Both the position numbers and the translations under genes were made by a program. DNA of 63,026 bases, filler included, from Stramenopiles sp. TOSAG23-2 (taxonomy: Eukaryota): assembly GCA_900128395.1 (NCBI GenBank). It is 9 parts of 9 records of this genome, joined end to end, with 100 filler letters (N's around TTAATTAATTAA, not from the genome) between each part and the next. Parts side by side here need not be neighbours in the genome. Positions count along the whole stretch, not along the records: positions 7,058 to 13,984 come from LT650380.1; positions 14,085 to 21,000 come from LT650381.1; 7 more parts are not named here. One strand, given 5' to 3'. Below are positions 11,086 through 20,567 of this stretch, in pieces. Every line of letters begins with the position of its first letter. Position 1 is the first letter of the stretch. The notes beneath the pieces were generated by a model. The model made no database searches. It worked only from the letters and a program-made list of their open reading frames with translations, and had not been told where the DNA came from.

Positions 11086-12355
11086 TCACAATCGATTAGT
11101 AGTAGTGAGCTTAATGGTATGATCATGATTGATTAAGGAATCAAACATACGATGGGTATATGTTAATTTTGGTTCATGCCTACCAAAGATTGCCATGGCA
11201 TGACGACATGATTCAAAATTTTGATGCATGGATGGAAGTAATACAAAATCTTCAATTGCTAAAACATCCAAAACAAAGGCAGCAACTTTTCGTTGTAGTG
11301 CAAGATCTTGTTCTGTTTTTGGTAATCGTTCTTGCGTTTCATACATAGCAATAGTGCAACGACATTCAGATGCTTTCTCACCAGGCCAGACTTGACAAAG
11401 TGCATATGATGGTGTACCAGATAACATAATTAATTGGGTATTCCATGCAAGTCCATAAACAGATGTTAAATATTTTAGCTGTATGTATATATATATATAT
11501 ATATTAATATTATTATATATATGCATGTGATGATTTGCATATCCGGATATGTTAGAGAGAGATCCACTTATATATAATGATAACAACAAGTTGAAAAAGG
11601 TAGATATATATACTTACAGGTGTTGGAAATTTCCAATTACTTTCTTCAATATCACCATCTGCCATTAATAATGTTGCAAATGTTCCAACTGTCATACAAC
11701 TATTACATGGTAATCCATTGCGATCATCCCATTTACGAAAGACTTGTTTATTGCAAGTACGTGTTAATCCAAAATTATTTTTATGTACTGATTCGAAATG
11801 ATAACATTCACCAAATGTATCTAAAGCAAGCTTCCAATTTGCTTGAACCAGAACTTCTTGAAAGATAACACTTGCTGATTTATCTAATGAAAACGAATCA
11901 AGTTCTTCAGATAAAGCTGGGGACAATATATCATTTAATTTTGACTCTATTTCTGAATCACTGTAACCAGCTTCCTCTGGATGTGTTATAACAAATATTA
12001 ATCCTGATTTTTCTCCACATGGTAAACTCTTTCCTGGAATGTTTTCATATTGAATATTAATATTCTTCAAGTTCCCACGGCCACTTTGAGATGCATCAAC
12101 AATATTAATATTCTCATATGCATATACACAATTTTTTTTTCCACGTACAATCAAGACAGATTTATGATTCATCACAATTCGAGAATAATCACCGATAGAT
12201 GCAATATTAGAAGATGAACCAGCACATAAAAAAACTTTTTTCATTGATTCTACTTCTATGTCGAACCTAGGAGGATTACAATATCTATCATATGCATTAA
12301 ATGTATATGGTTCATATGGTAAATCTGTAGTTTGATCTTTCACATGCTCTACCAT
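11086..12355 (-). CDS. Rieske-type ring-hydroxylating oxygenase alpha-subunit homolog, two exons (12355-11618, 11478-11086); possible 5' extension to 12671 via two frameshifts
   Basis: ANWKLALDTFGECYHFESVH and EDF catalytic-domain motifs; the two ORFs join in phase 0 across a GT-AG intron. Confidence 0.75.
11479..11617 (-). other. Spliceosomal intron, 139 nt
   Basis: GTAAGT donor at 11617, CAG acceptor ending at 11479, AT-rich interior; splicing gives ...FPTP|LKYLTSVY... Confidence 0.8.
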
Positions 12356-12970
12356 ACGCTCAAGGCAGGTAAAACCGTTTTTACTAACGCTGGGTTATTT
12401 TTGGATAACAAATGTGAAGGGACACCTGCACTATTTGTCAATTCCTTGATTAAACCATCACTTTTTTTCCAGACACAGCAAATTTCATCTCTTCATTTGG
12501 CAATAATTTCAAGGGGACATCTTTAATATCTATTGGTGGTTGTTGAGATTTTCTTAGTTGACTGATGTCATTTAATATTACCGGATATGGATTTGTATCC
12601 GGTAATGATATTGTTTTCTTTCTTTCCTTCTTCATTTCATTTATTATCCCATGTAAATATCTCTTTCTCACATTTGTATCTGTCTACAGTATGTTTGCAA
12701 CTGTGATGCAGTTTGTTATTATTTTATTTATTAGACATTGATGGCAAACCAAAGCAACAAAGTTCAACAAATATAGACGTTATATTTATTAATAATAAAA
12801 TTAAAATACAAATAGCAAAAGAAAAAAAATAGTGGAAAAGAATATATAATATCACATACATTAGATTACATAAGCATATATATATATATATAATATTCTA
12901 AAGACAATACTACAAACAATTTGATAAGGAAGAAAAGTAAATAGTACTGAAACAAAGAAACAGATCCAAC

Positions 12971-13714
12971 ATGATTATGTTTAATTATGAAGAGGAGGAT
13001 GGAGAGGAATATGAAAAAAAAAAAAAACAACATTTGAAAGAAAAATATAATGATATTGTAGATAGAACCATTAATTACAACCCGCATCAACATCGAAATA
13101 TGAAACATAATACCTTTAGTAAAAATAATTTAGCATTATCCGCAGAAGTATTGAAACAGGGTGGACCACATACATTACCAGAGAAGGATCAAAGTGAATA
13201 CCCTTTTTATAAATTATTTGGTGATAAAACATTAGGAAAATTACGTAGCGGTTATAAAATGCCAAATAAAAAAAATAATAAAAAGATAAAGAAGAAAAAG
13301 AAAAATTCGCCAAATAATAAACAAAATAGAAGTGATGAAGAGGAACATTTAAGTAGACGCCGTCTCGAAAATGTCTTAACACAATTAGTTAGTGATAGTC
13401 ATAAATCTAAATTGCAGCAATTGAAACGAAAACGAGATATAAAACGACAACAAAGCATTAAAAAAGGCATTGTGGAAGCAGATAATGCAGATACCAGTGA
13501 ATCATGGCAACATTTCAGGGAGAAGCTAATTGAAAAAATAAGTCAACGTACTGCAATTGACTGTGGTATCAATTTAATAAAAGTTGAAATGGAAAAAGAA
13601 CGTGCGCAATTGGAACGTGAAGCAAGGTTAGGTGTTACCGGGGAGGGTGGTAAAGTGAAACATAAATCTACATTGCAATTGTTATATTTACATAATGATG
13701 AGAATGATCGTTAA
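12971..13714 (+). CDS. Hypothetical Lys-rich coiled-coil protein
   Basis: 247-aa ATG ORF with host-like codon use; no recognised motif. Confidence 0.6.
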   Translation: MIMFNYEEEDGEEYEKKKKQHLKEKYNDIVDRTINYNPHQHRNMKHNTFSKNNLALSAEVLKQGGPHTLPEKDQSEYPFYKLFGDKTLGKLRSGYKMPNKKNNKKIKKKKKNSPNNKQNRSDEEEHLSRRRLENVLTQLVSDSHKSKLQQLKRKRDIKRQQSIKKGIVEADNADTSESWQHFREKLIEKISQRTAIDCGINLIKVEMEKERAQLEREARLGVTGEGGKVKHKSTLQLLYLHNDENDR

Positions 13715-14084
13715 TGTACATAAAGAGTTTTGATGTTTTGATCTTGAGTAAATTTTTGATTATAACTTGATATAAAGATTTGTATACGGCTTCGCACCTG
13801 AAAAAATTTACGTAGTATTTAGTACATATTTTTTTTATCTCTCTTTGCTCTGCTCTCATCTGCTGCTTCAATATGAAATCTCTCATCATACCACACACAT
13901 ATATATATTACATTTTAATGCCGTACGTACTCGCGTACAAAAATCTACGCATACCCATTCTGTGTGGATACATAATAATTTTCANNNNNNNNNNNNNNNN
14001 NNNNNNNNNNNNNNNNNNNNNNNNNNNNTTAATTAATTAANNNNNNNNNNNNNNNNNNNNNNNNNNNNNNNNNNNNNNNNNNNN

Positions 14085-14535
14085 TTTCGAAACTGTTACT
14101 AGTACTATCACTAGTTGCCATACCACTACCAAGTAATTGGTCTGTCAAATCCGAGCTATTATATTTTTGATGACAAAAACATAAACAAATTGTATCTTTT
14201 AAAAAATCAATTATTTGCTGGTCAATGACACGTAAAATGTATCCTAAGAGCAACAAACCACCAGCCTCTACAACACTCTGAAATGTGTTTAGATCAACAT
14301 TTTTTGGTTTTACCTACAATGCTATTTTTTTCTTCAAATCGTATGAACCATACATCATATACAAATATCCTAGTATACCCAAGATGATAAGTGTATTTTT
14401 AATATAATATGACATTGGTTTTTTTTGCTTACTTTTCGCAAGACGTAACTCATCTCTGTTTTGTTTTCGTTGTGTTTCCAATTCTTTTCTCTGTGCTTCA
14501 AGTTCTTGAATTCGTTCGTCCATGATGATGTACAC
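14085..14535 (-). CDS. Partial membrane protein gene with an in-frame TAG at 14314-14316, running off the contig edge
   Basis: ORFs 14314-14535 and 14029-14256 are in the same frame, separated by one TAG; coiled coil followed by hydrophobic segments. Confidence 0.4.
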
Positions 14536-15158
14536 GTTCCTCGTATCTGTATATTATAAACCAAACTAGTAGCTAAATATCACTATTTAAATTTCTTTTC
14601 TTTTTTTACCTCTCGAATTTTTTACCTATCCAGATACGACGTGTGGGTGTAATCAATGGTTGAATGAATGTCAAATCGGTTCTAGACAAACAAACAAACG
14701 TTATGTTGATACGTTTAGGTATTTTTTATATCGTTATACAAAAATAAGATCGTTTTTTACGTTTTAAAAGAATAAAACCAAGTAGTTTTTAGATGATTTT
14801 GATAATAATTATTTTTTTTTTATGAATATAAATACTTACACAACAAAGTGGTGAGATATATTCAAATCTATATTAATAATAATATAAACGTAGAGTCAAT
14901 AAACACTTAATAATATTTCAATAGATATTCCTATGGATATATAGATATAGATATATATATGTGTATGGTATGTAAAAATATATTCTATTCTATTTATTAT
15001 TTTTATATTAAATATATATTTAAATATTTAAACAAATTGGATATATGCTAATGGGATTTAGCTGTGGGACTGCTGAAAATGATATCAATGGTATCCTCCT
15101 GCTAAAAATGAAAACATGGTTTTTAGTGCCAAAAACCAGTTTAGGTTTTAATTACTTT

Positions 15159-15354
15159 ATATTAATAAAAGCCGCAAGACTAACGCCAGTCATTTAAGGA
15201 CTAACTCCGCCTAACTCCTATGCTATGTCCCTGCTATTTGACAATAGGAGCTCCACAGCATTAGTTAGAATAGCATTGACACAGTAGCGTCAATGCTATT
15301 TGCTCAGCAAAGTCCTTAAATGACTGGCGTTAGTCTTGCGGCTTTTATTAATAT
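15159..15354. repeat. Perfect 44-bp inverted repeat enclosing a 108-nt region with internal hairpins
   Basis: 15159-15202 is the exact reverse complement of 15311-15354; inner perfect 12-bp stem 15269-15280/15289-15300. Confidence 0.95.
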
Positions 15355-15467
15355 TTAAACATGCGGCTTTTATTACTATAGGAATACCATTGCCCACTTT
15401 TTAAAATTTGAATTTTTGGGTAATTTTGGGATATAAATAGTGCTCTAACCCTAAAATAACCCTATCT

Positions 15468-15546
15468 ATAAAGTTAGCTAAAATCCAAAAATTGAAGTTG
15501 ATAAAAGTTAGCTAAAATCCAAAAAATTAAAGTTGATAAAAGTTAG
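15468..15546 (+). repeat. Short imperfect tandem repeat (~34-35 bp, ~2.3 copies)
   Basis: aaagttagctaaaatccaaaaatt(g/a)aagttgata repeated; related motif at ~15708-15736. Confidence 0.8.
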
Positions 15547-16116
15547 TTCTCTGTGAAGTACAGTAAAGTTAAGGTTTTTCATCGATTTGTATGATTTGTT
15601 TACCTATTTAGCATATAAATAAAACTTCTTAGTATTTATATCCTAATCTGTGGCACATCATCCTCTCTCTACTTTGCTTATAGGAACGCACGGTGGTGTT
15701 CAAAAGAGTTAAGCTATAAAAATTGAAGTAGATAAATACGTGAATAAAGTGTTTTTTTTGTAAAAAAAAGTTAAATTGTAGTATTTTTTTAATGAAATAG
15801 GGCATAATCTCTCCACTTTCATTATATAAAACTCATTTATCAGACTATTTATAAAAAAGTAATAATTAAAGTATAGTAAATTATATAACTTCTATAATTA
15901 GCAAAAATATATATATCAACATATTAAATTAATTTAAATTATAGATACCAATATATTAAAAAATAAACACAGTAATACTTAAATAATAAATTAAGAAAAT
16001 ATATTAAATTATCGATACTAATATATTAAAAACAAACACAGTAATTAATTCTTAGAGTAATACTTGAAGAATCAATTTAAATAAACAAACAAAAACAAAA
16101 TAATTAGTTTTACAGC

Positions 16117-17925
16117 ATGTCAATAAAATTTACAAGGCAAACACCAAAAGAAATTAAATATGCAGCTGGAATGCATACAAAAGAATTTACAAAATATCCA
16201 GAAGATGTAAAGAAATTCTTTAATTGTTGTCAAACAGTACCGAAAACAGCTTTTGACAAAATGCCAAAACCTGGTCCACATGATTGGTTATGTTCCCATA
16301 AAGAATGCGGACAATCTGTGAAAAGTTTAACCAGGAGATCTATGAAAGCATGGCCACATGCAACATATGATACTATCAATATTGTTCCTTGTAGTGAATT
16401 TATCGAAGGTCAATCACCTCCACTTGAGGAATTAAAAACATTAATGGAACTATGGTTTTGTTGTAAATGCACTGTGTCGAAAATCGTACCATTAGAAAAA
16501 GTTGCTGTAAATGGTTTAATCGATGATGAACAATTATTAGTTCGCGATTGTGCAGATTATTTAAAAAAATTAAGACCTGGTAGAAAAGTATTTGCCAATA
16601 TTATGGTTACCATGACGGATTTAACACCTGGTGAAGGGTGGAATTTTGTATTTGGGCAAGCAAGTTTATCTGAAGGATGGGGTGTATTTTCATTTGCTAG
16701 ATATAATCCAAATTTTTACAATTACCAAGAAAAAGAATTGACAGAAAAACAACAAAAAGAAATGTTAAGAAGGGCTTGTCGTACAATGGTCCATGAATGT
16801 GGGCATATCTTAGGTTTCAAACATTGTATATATTATCATTGTTTAATGAATGGATCAAATGGCTATCATGAAGTTGCACCGTTTAAACTTTGCCCAATAT
16901 GTTTGCAAAAACTTTATTTAGCGATTGGTACAAACTATAAATATTTTGATATACAAACAAGATATAAAAATTTACAACAATTCTACATGAAACATGGATG
17001 GAAAAAAGAAACGAAATGGATTAGTCTAAGACTTGGATTAGTCCAGGAAGAGGATAATACGATAGAAAAAAAAGTGAAAGATGATGATGATGATGAGAAA
17101 CACGTTAACGTATTAGTAGATGAAAAGAACAACCAATTAAAAAATGAGCAAAATTACGACAAGTATGATTTTTATGAGGGAAAATATGACGACGAGAGTA
17201 ATAATGACAACAATAATATCAACGATAAAAAAAAAGATATTAAAAAGTTGGAAAAAAAAAATCAAAAAATTAAAGCAAAAACGAGATTGATTGTTAGGAA
17301 AAAGATTAGTAAAAAATCAGAGCGAATAGGTGAAATTGATGCCGGTGAAGATATTGAAATTCCATATCCCGTTGAAATTCAAAGAACAAGCTCTGGTACG
17401 GTACGTGTTCCATTGATACGTGGTGGATGGGTTACAGCTAGAACAAAATTTGGTAAAGATTTAATTGGTAAATATACTAGTGTGAAAGATATACCACCTA
17501 AAATAAAGCGACATTTATCCGATGAAGGAAAAAAAATATATTTAGGAAAGCGGTCACCAATAGTAGAGAAAAAGAAGAAGAAGAAGAAACCAGAAACAGC
17601 AGAAGAAGTGATAGCTAGCGTAAATGAAATAATGGCATCGTTGAAAGCTACACAAGAAGGTATGGAAAAAACACTTCAAAAAAGTAAAGCTGTCGTAAGC
17701 CATCGTGACGATTTAGAAAAACAATGGAAAGACTTCCAAAAAAGATATGAAGAAATGAATGATATAATGATTGGTAAGATTGGAGAATCATTCATGAAAG
17801 ATAACAAAATGCATAGATATTTAGATACTAGTATGAATAAAAATAGACATTTGAGGAAAAAATTTGGAAGAAAAACACAGAATTTGTCAACAGTGTCTGA
17901 AGATACAAAACGTTCAAAAAAATGA
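16117..17925 (+). CDS. Archaemetzincin (peptidase M54) with C-terminal SH3b-like domain and coiled coil
   Basis: PGPHDWL, WNFVFGQASL, GVFSFARY, HECGHILGFKHC zinc motif, CLMNGS Met-turn, LCPICL. Confidence 0.9.
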   Translation: MSIKFTRQTPKEIKYAAGMHTKEFTKYPEDVKKFFNCCQTVPKTAFDKMPKPGPHDWLCSHKECGQSVKSLTRRSMKAWPHATYDTINIVPCSEFIEGQSPPLEELKTLMELWFCCKCTVSKIVPLEKVAVNGLIDDEQLLVRDCADYLKKLRPGRKVFANIMVTMTDLTPGEGWNFVFGQASLSEGWGVFSFARYNPNFYNYQEKELTEKQQKEMLRRACRTMVHECGHILGFKHCIYYHCLMNGSNGYHEVAPFKLCPICLQKLYLAIGTNYKYFDIQTRYKNLQQFYMKHGWKKETKWISLRLGLVQEEDNTIEKKVKDDDDDEKHVNVLVDEKNNQLKNEQNYDKYDFYEGKYDDESNNDNNNINDKKKDIKKLEKKNQKIKAKTRLIVRKKISKKSERIGEIDAGEDIEIPYPVEIQRTSSGTVRVPLIRGGWVTARTKFGKDLIGKYTSVKDIPPKIKRHLSDEGKKIYLGKRSPIVEKKKKKKKPETAEEVIASVNEIMASLKATQEGMEKTLQKSKAVVSHRDDLEKQWKDFQKRYEEMNDIMIGKIGESFMKDNKMHRYLDTSMNKNRHLRKKFGRKTQNLSTVSEDTKRSKK

Positions 17926-18220
17926 AGAAAAAGATTTATGCTATTTTAGATTTAGTGCAATTACAATAAGGAGGAAAGCAATGATAGCACACAATGATAT
18001 TTTTAAAGAATGTACGAACTTCGTAAATCACAATAAATATGACAAAAGAAGTACGACGTAAAACAAAAAAAAGAGAGTATAAAAGTAAACAATAATAAAG
18101 GAATTTCATATGATAGAATTGTATGGAAAAATTAAAAACAAAAATCAATAACTTCTCTCCAATCACATAACTATAATTATATAAAAATATATTTAAATAA
18201 ATTTTTCTATATATATATAT

Positions 18221-18430
18221 ATGATCAAGGTAAATATAAACGATATTGAGACCATGACTCCACCTGAATTAAAAAGTATATTGCGGCAATTTTTAGAAAA
18301 AGAAAATGCCAGATTAGAAAAAATGAGAAAAGCTCATAAAAAATATAGAAAAAGCGAAAAAGGCAAACAAAAAATGCGAGAATTACAGAAGAAACACTAT
18401 AATAAATCCAAAAATCCTCCAAAAAACTAG
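18221..18430 (+). CDS. Small basic viral-type protein
   Basis: 69 aa; KKYRKSEKGK...RELQKKHY motif resembles small basic proteins of eukaryotic dsDNA viruses; TCTA 11 nt upstream of ATG. Confidence 0.55.
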   Translation: MIKVNINDIETMTPPELKSILRQFLEKENARLEKMRKAHKKYRKSEKGKQKMRELQKKHYNKSKNPPKN

Positions 18431-18730
18431 CTTTTTTTCCAAAAAAACAGGAAAAAATACTATAAAAATAGCATAAAATGTAAAAAAATTGAATAAATAT
18501 TTTTACATTTTTACCGAAAATCCAAAAAAAAAGCCTTATTCTGACATATTATACTAACAATTAGGGGGAAAGAAATTTAGTGTATTTTTTTAAAAATTAC
18601 CGCATAATGCTCTTGTTTTTTAAAAATCATATTTATTTTATGCTGTAAATTATGGTAAGGGATGAAAAGTAGGAAAAACATAAAAAAAAAAGTATGTTAA
18701 AAATTGAAAGTTTTTTTTTTTCAACAATAA

Positions 18731-19087
18731 TTGAACCCAACTATAGTGGAAAGCAGCTTAAAATGTGATACACAACAACTAAGTAAGGTAAAATCCAATA
18801 GTGAATTGACATTGAAAGAATGGGCAAAACCCACTAGTGAAAATATAGTTAAATGTAAGGCAAAATCCACTAGGGAAAAAATAGTAGAAAGTCAGCTTAA
18901 TTCTACTAGTGAAAATATACTAATAAGTCAGGTTAAATCTACAAGTAAAAAACTACTTAATACTCAGATAAAATCTACAAATGTGGAACTTTGTCCAGCG
19001 TGTAAAAAACCATTTGGTAAATGTGAGTGGGAATTTGGTGGTTGTGAAAAATTCTACAATAAGCAACAACAAATACTAAAACTATAA
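18731..19087 (+). CDS. 12-aa repeat protein with C-terminal Cys cluster (no ATG; start uncertain)
   Basis: Six or more degenerate 36-bp units (18781-18996) kept in frame; ends CPAC...C...C. Confidence 0.4.
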   Translation: MNPTIVESSLKCDTQQLSKVKSNSELTLKEWAKPTSENIVKCKAKSTREKIVESQLNSTSENILISQVKSTSKKLLNTQIKSTNVELCPACKKPFGKCEWEFGGCEKFYNKQQQILKL

Positions 19088-19120
19088 ATCTTATTCATAA
19101 ATGACAAACTTGCATAGAAT

Positions 19121-19194
19121 TTTGAACTTACTTAAAATAAACTTGCATAGAATTTATTAAAATATTACGGACCTTTATTTTAAGTAAGTTCAAA
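19121..19194 (+). terminator. 21-bp perfect inverted repeat (candidate hairpin terminator)
   Basis: tttgaacttacttaaaataaa (19121-19141) / tttattttaagtaagttcaaa (19174-19194), 33 nt after the stop at 19087. Confidence 0.5.
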
Positions 19195-19315
19195 TATGAA
19201 CGTTAACATAAGCATATGTGAAGATAGATTTGCAACATATTGAACTTAAAACAAAATGGGTAAAGACAAAACAAAAGCAGCGAAAAAAAACAAAAACAAA
19301 ACAATAAATTGAAAA

Positions 19316-19696
19316 ATGAAACAAGTGGCAATAAAAGAAACAAATGAAACATCTGAGCTTAAATATAATAAAAATGGTGATTGTTACGAACTTAATGAAC
19401 ATGGGAAAAAAATCTGGTTAATTGATTGTGTTTTAAAGCATAGATGGACATGGAATAAAGAATTAAATCAACCAATAAGCATGTATTTAGTTAAATGGAA
19501 AAATAAATATGGAAAACTAGTGATAACAGAAGTATGTGAGTTATATGATGGAAAACCACGCTTTAGACAAGAAGACATAGAAAAATTTTATAAAACACCT
19601 GAGTATTATAAAAGTAAATTTGATCTAATAAAAGAAGTAAAAAAGACAAATCCAAAGGCAGTGGAAAATTATTACTTGAAAAAAATGAGAGTTTAA
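19316..19696 (+). CDS. Chromodomain-like protein (stand-alone)
   Basis: WLIDCVLKHR...MYLVKWK matches the chromo pattern (aromatic-x-VExILxHR...YLVKW); C-terminal PKAVENYY helix. Confidence 0.55.
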   Translation: MKQVAIKETNETSELKYNKNGDCYELNEHGKKIWLIDCVLKHRWTWNKELNQPISMYLVKWKNKYGKLVITEVCELYDGKPRFRQEDIEKFYKTPEYYKSKFDLIKEVKKTNPKAVENYYLKKMRV

Positions 19697-19758
19697 GAAG
19701 AAGATGTTAAATAAATAAAGGACACAGATAAATATTAATGAAAATGCTTAATTAATAT

Positions 19759-20478
19759 TTATTGTTTTTCCAAATTATTATCTATTTCAATTTTGTTAAA
19801 ACAGCAGCGATATTGTAGACTAGGGTGTTTAGCATCACAATCTATAAATAGAAAATCATACGGTTTTTTAGTATATTTTTTAAATTTTTTTATAAATTCC
19901 TCTTTGTCTAAACCACAGCCAATATCTGAATACAGTAAATTTATTTCTTTCTTAGATGGAACGGCAAAAAGTGAAATATAATTACAATTTACTCTAATCA
20001 CTCTAGGTATAGAACTCCATCTTTGTCCTAAAAAACAAACACTACAATTTTTATGTCTGGATCTTACAAAATAATCTATCATGGGTGTTTGGTTGGAATC
20101 TAGTAAAAAATCATCAAATATTACAAGATTTTGGACATTTCCATCTAATTCATCTACCGGCACAACATCATCTAAGCTATTACTCATAAATAATATCTCC
20201 TCTTCAGTTTTTTCTTGAATTTTTTCAAACATATCTTTAATTAATTGAAACTTAGGTTGATTTAGGTGTTTTGAGTAAATATACAACCGGTCAAAACTTA
20301 ATAATTTACAAATTGCCCAACAAATAAGATTTGATTTACCAGATCCTGAACTTCCATTAATAATCCAGCGAAATCCACCATTTTTATGCTGTGGAACAAG
20401 GCTACTTTTATTTCTACCTTTTTTATTACCTTTAATACGCTTTATGTTATCACAATTTCCGACATCTGTACTAACCAT
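19759..20478 (-). CDS. A32/FtsK-HerA-type viral DNA-packaging ATPase (Polinton/adintovirus type)
   Basis: Walker A GSSGSGKS, YSKHLNQPKF, Walker B LVIFDD, RSRH arginine motif, Q...IPRVIRVNCNY. Confidence 0.92.
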   Translation of the reverse strand: MVSTDVGNCDNIKRIKGNKKGRNKSSLVPQHKNGGFRWIINGSSGSGKSNLICWAICKLLSFDRLYIYSKHLNQPKFQLIKDMFEKIQEKTEEEILFMSNSLDDVVPVDELDGNVQNLVIFDDFLLDSNQTPMIDYFVRSRHKNCSVCFLGQRWSSIPRVIRVNCNYISLFAVPSKKEINLLYSDIGCGLDKEEFIKKFKKYTKKPYDFLFIDCDAKHPSLQYRCCFNKIEIDNNLEKQ

Positions 20479-20492
20479 TCTTTATAATATTT

Positions 20493-20512
20493 ATTTAGAA
20501 AATTTTCTAAAT
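20493..20512. promoter_or_regulatory. 20-bp perfect palindrome between divergent viral genes, with TCTA on both strands
   Basis: atttagaaaattttctaaat; the minus-strand TCTA lies 17 nt upstream of the ATPase ATG. Confidence 0.45.
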
Positions 20513-20567
20513 GATTTAATTAAATTTTAATTTGATTTTATTATATTTTTTATGATTTAATTATATA

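Noticed and set aside
15446-15464. Telomere-like taaccctaa/taacccta
   Set aside because: Only two spaced copies at an internal position
18160-18220. Polinton terminal inverted repeat or target-site duplication at the host/virus boundary
   Set aside because: No recognisable AG-initiated terminus, and the other end is outside the contig, so the boundary cannot be fixed
18781-18996. 36-bp periodic array as a CRISPR
   Set aside because: Units are degenerate along their whole length, with no conserved repeat/unique spacer structure and no cas genes
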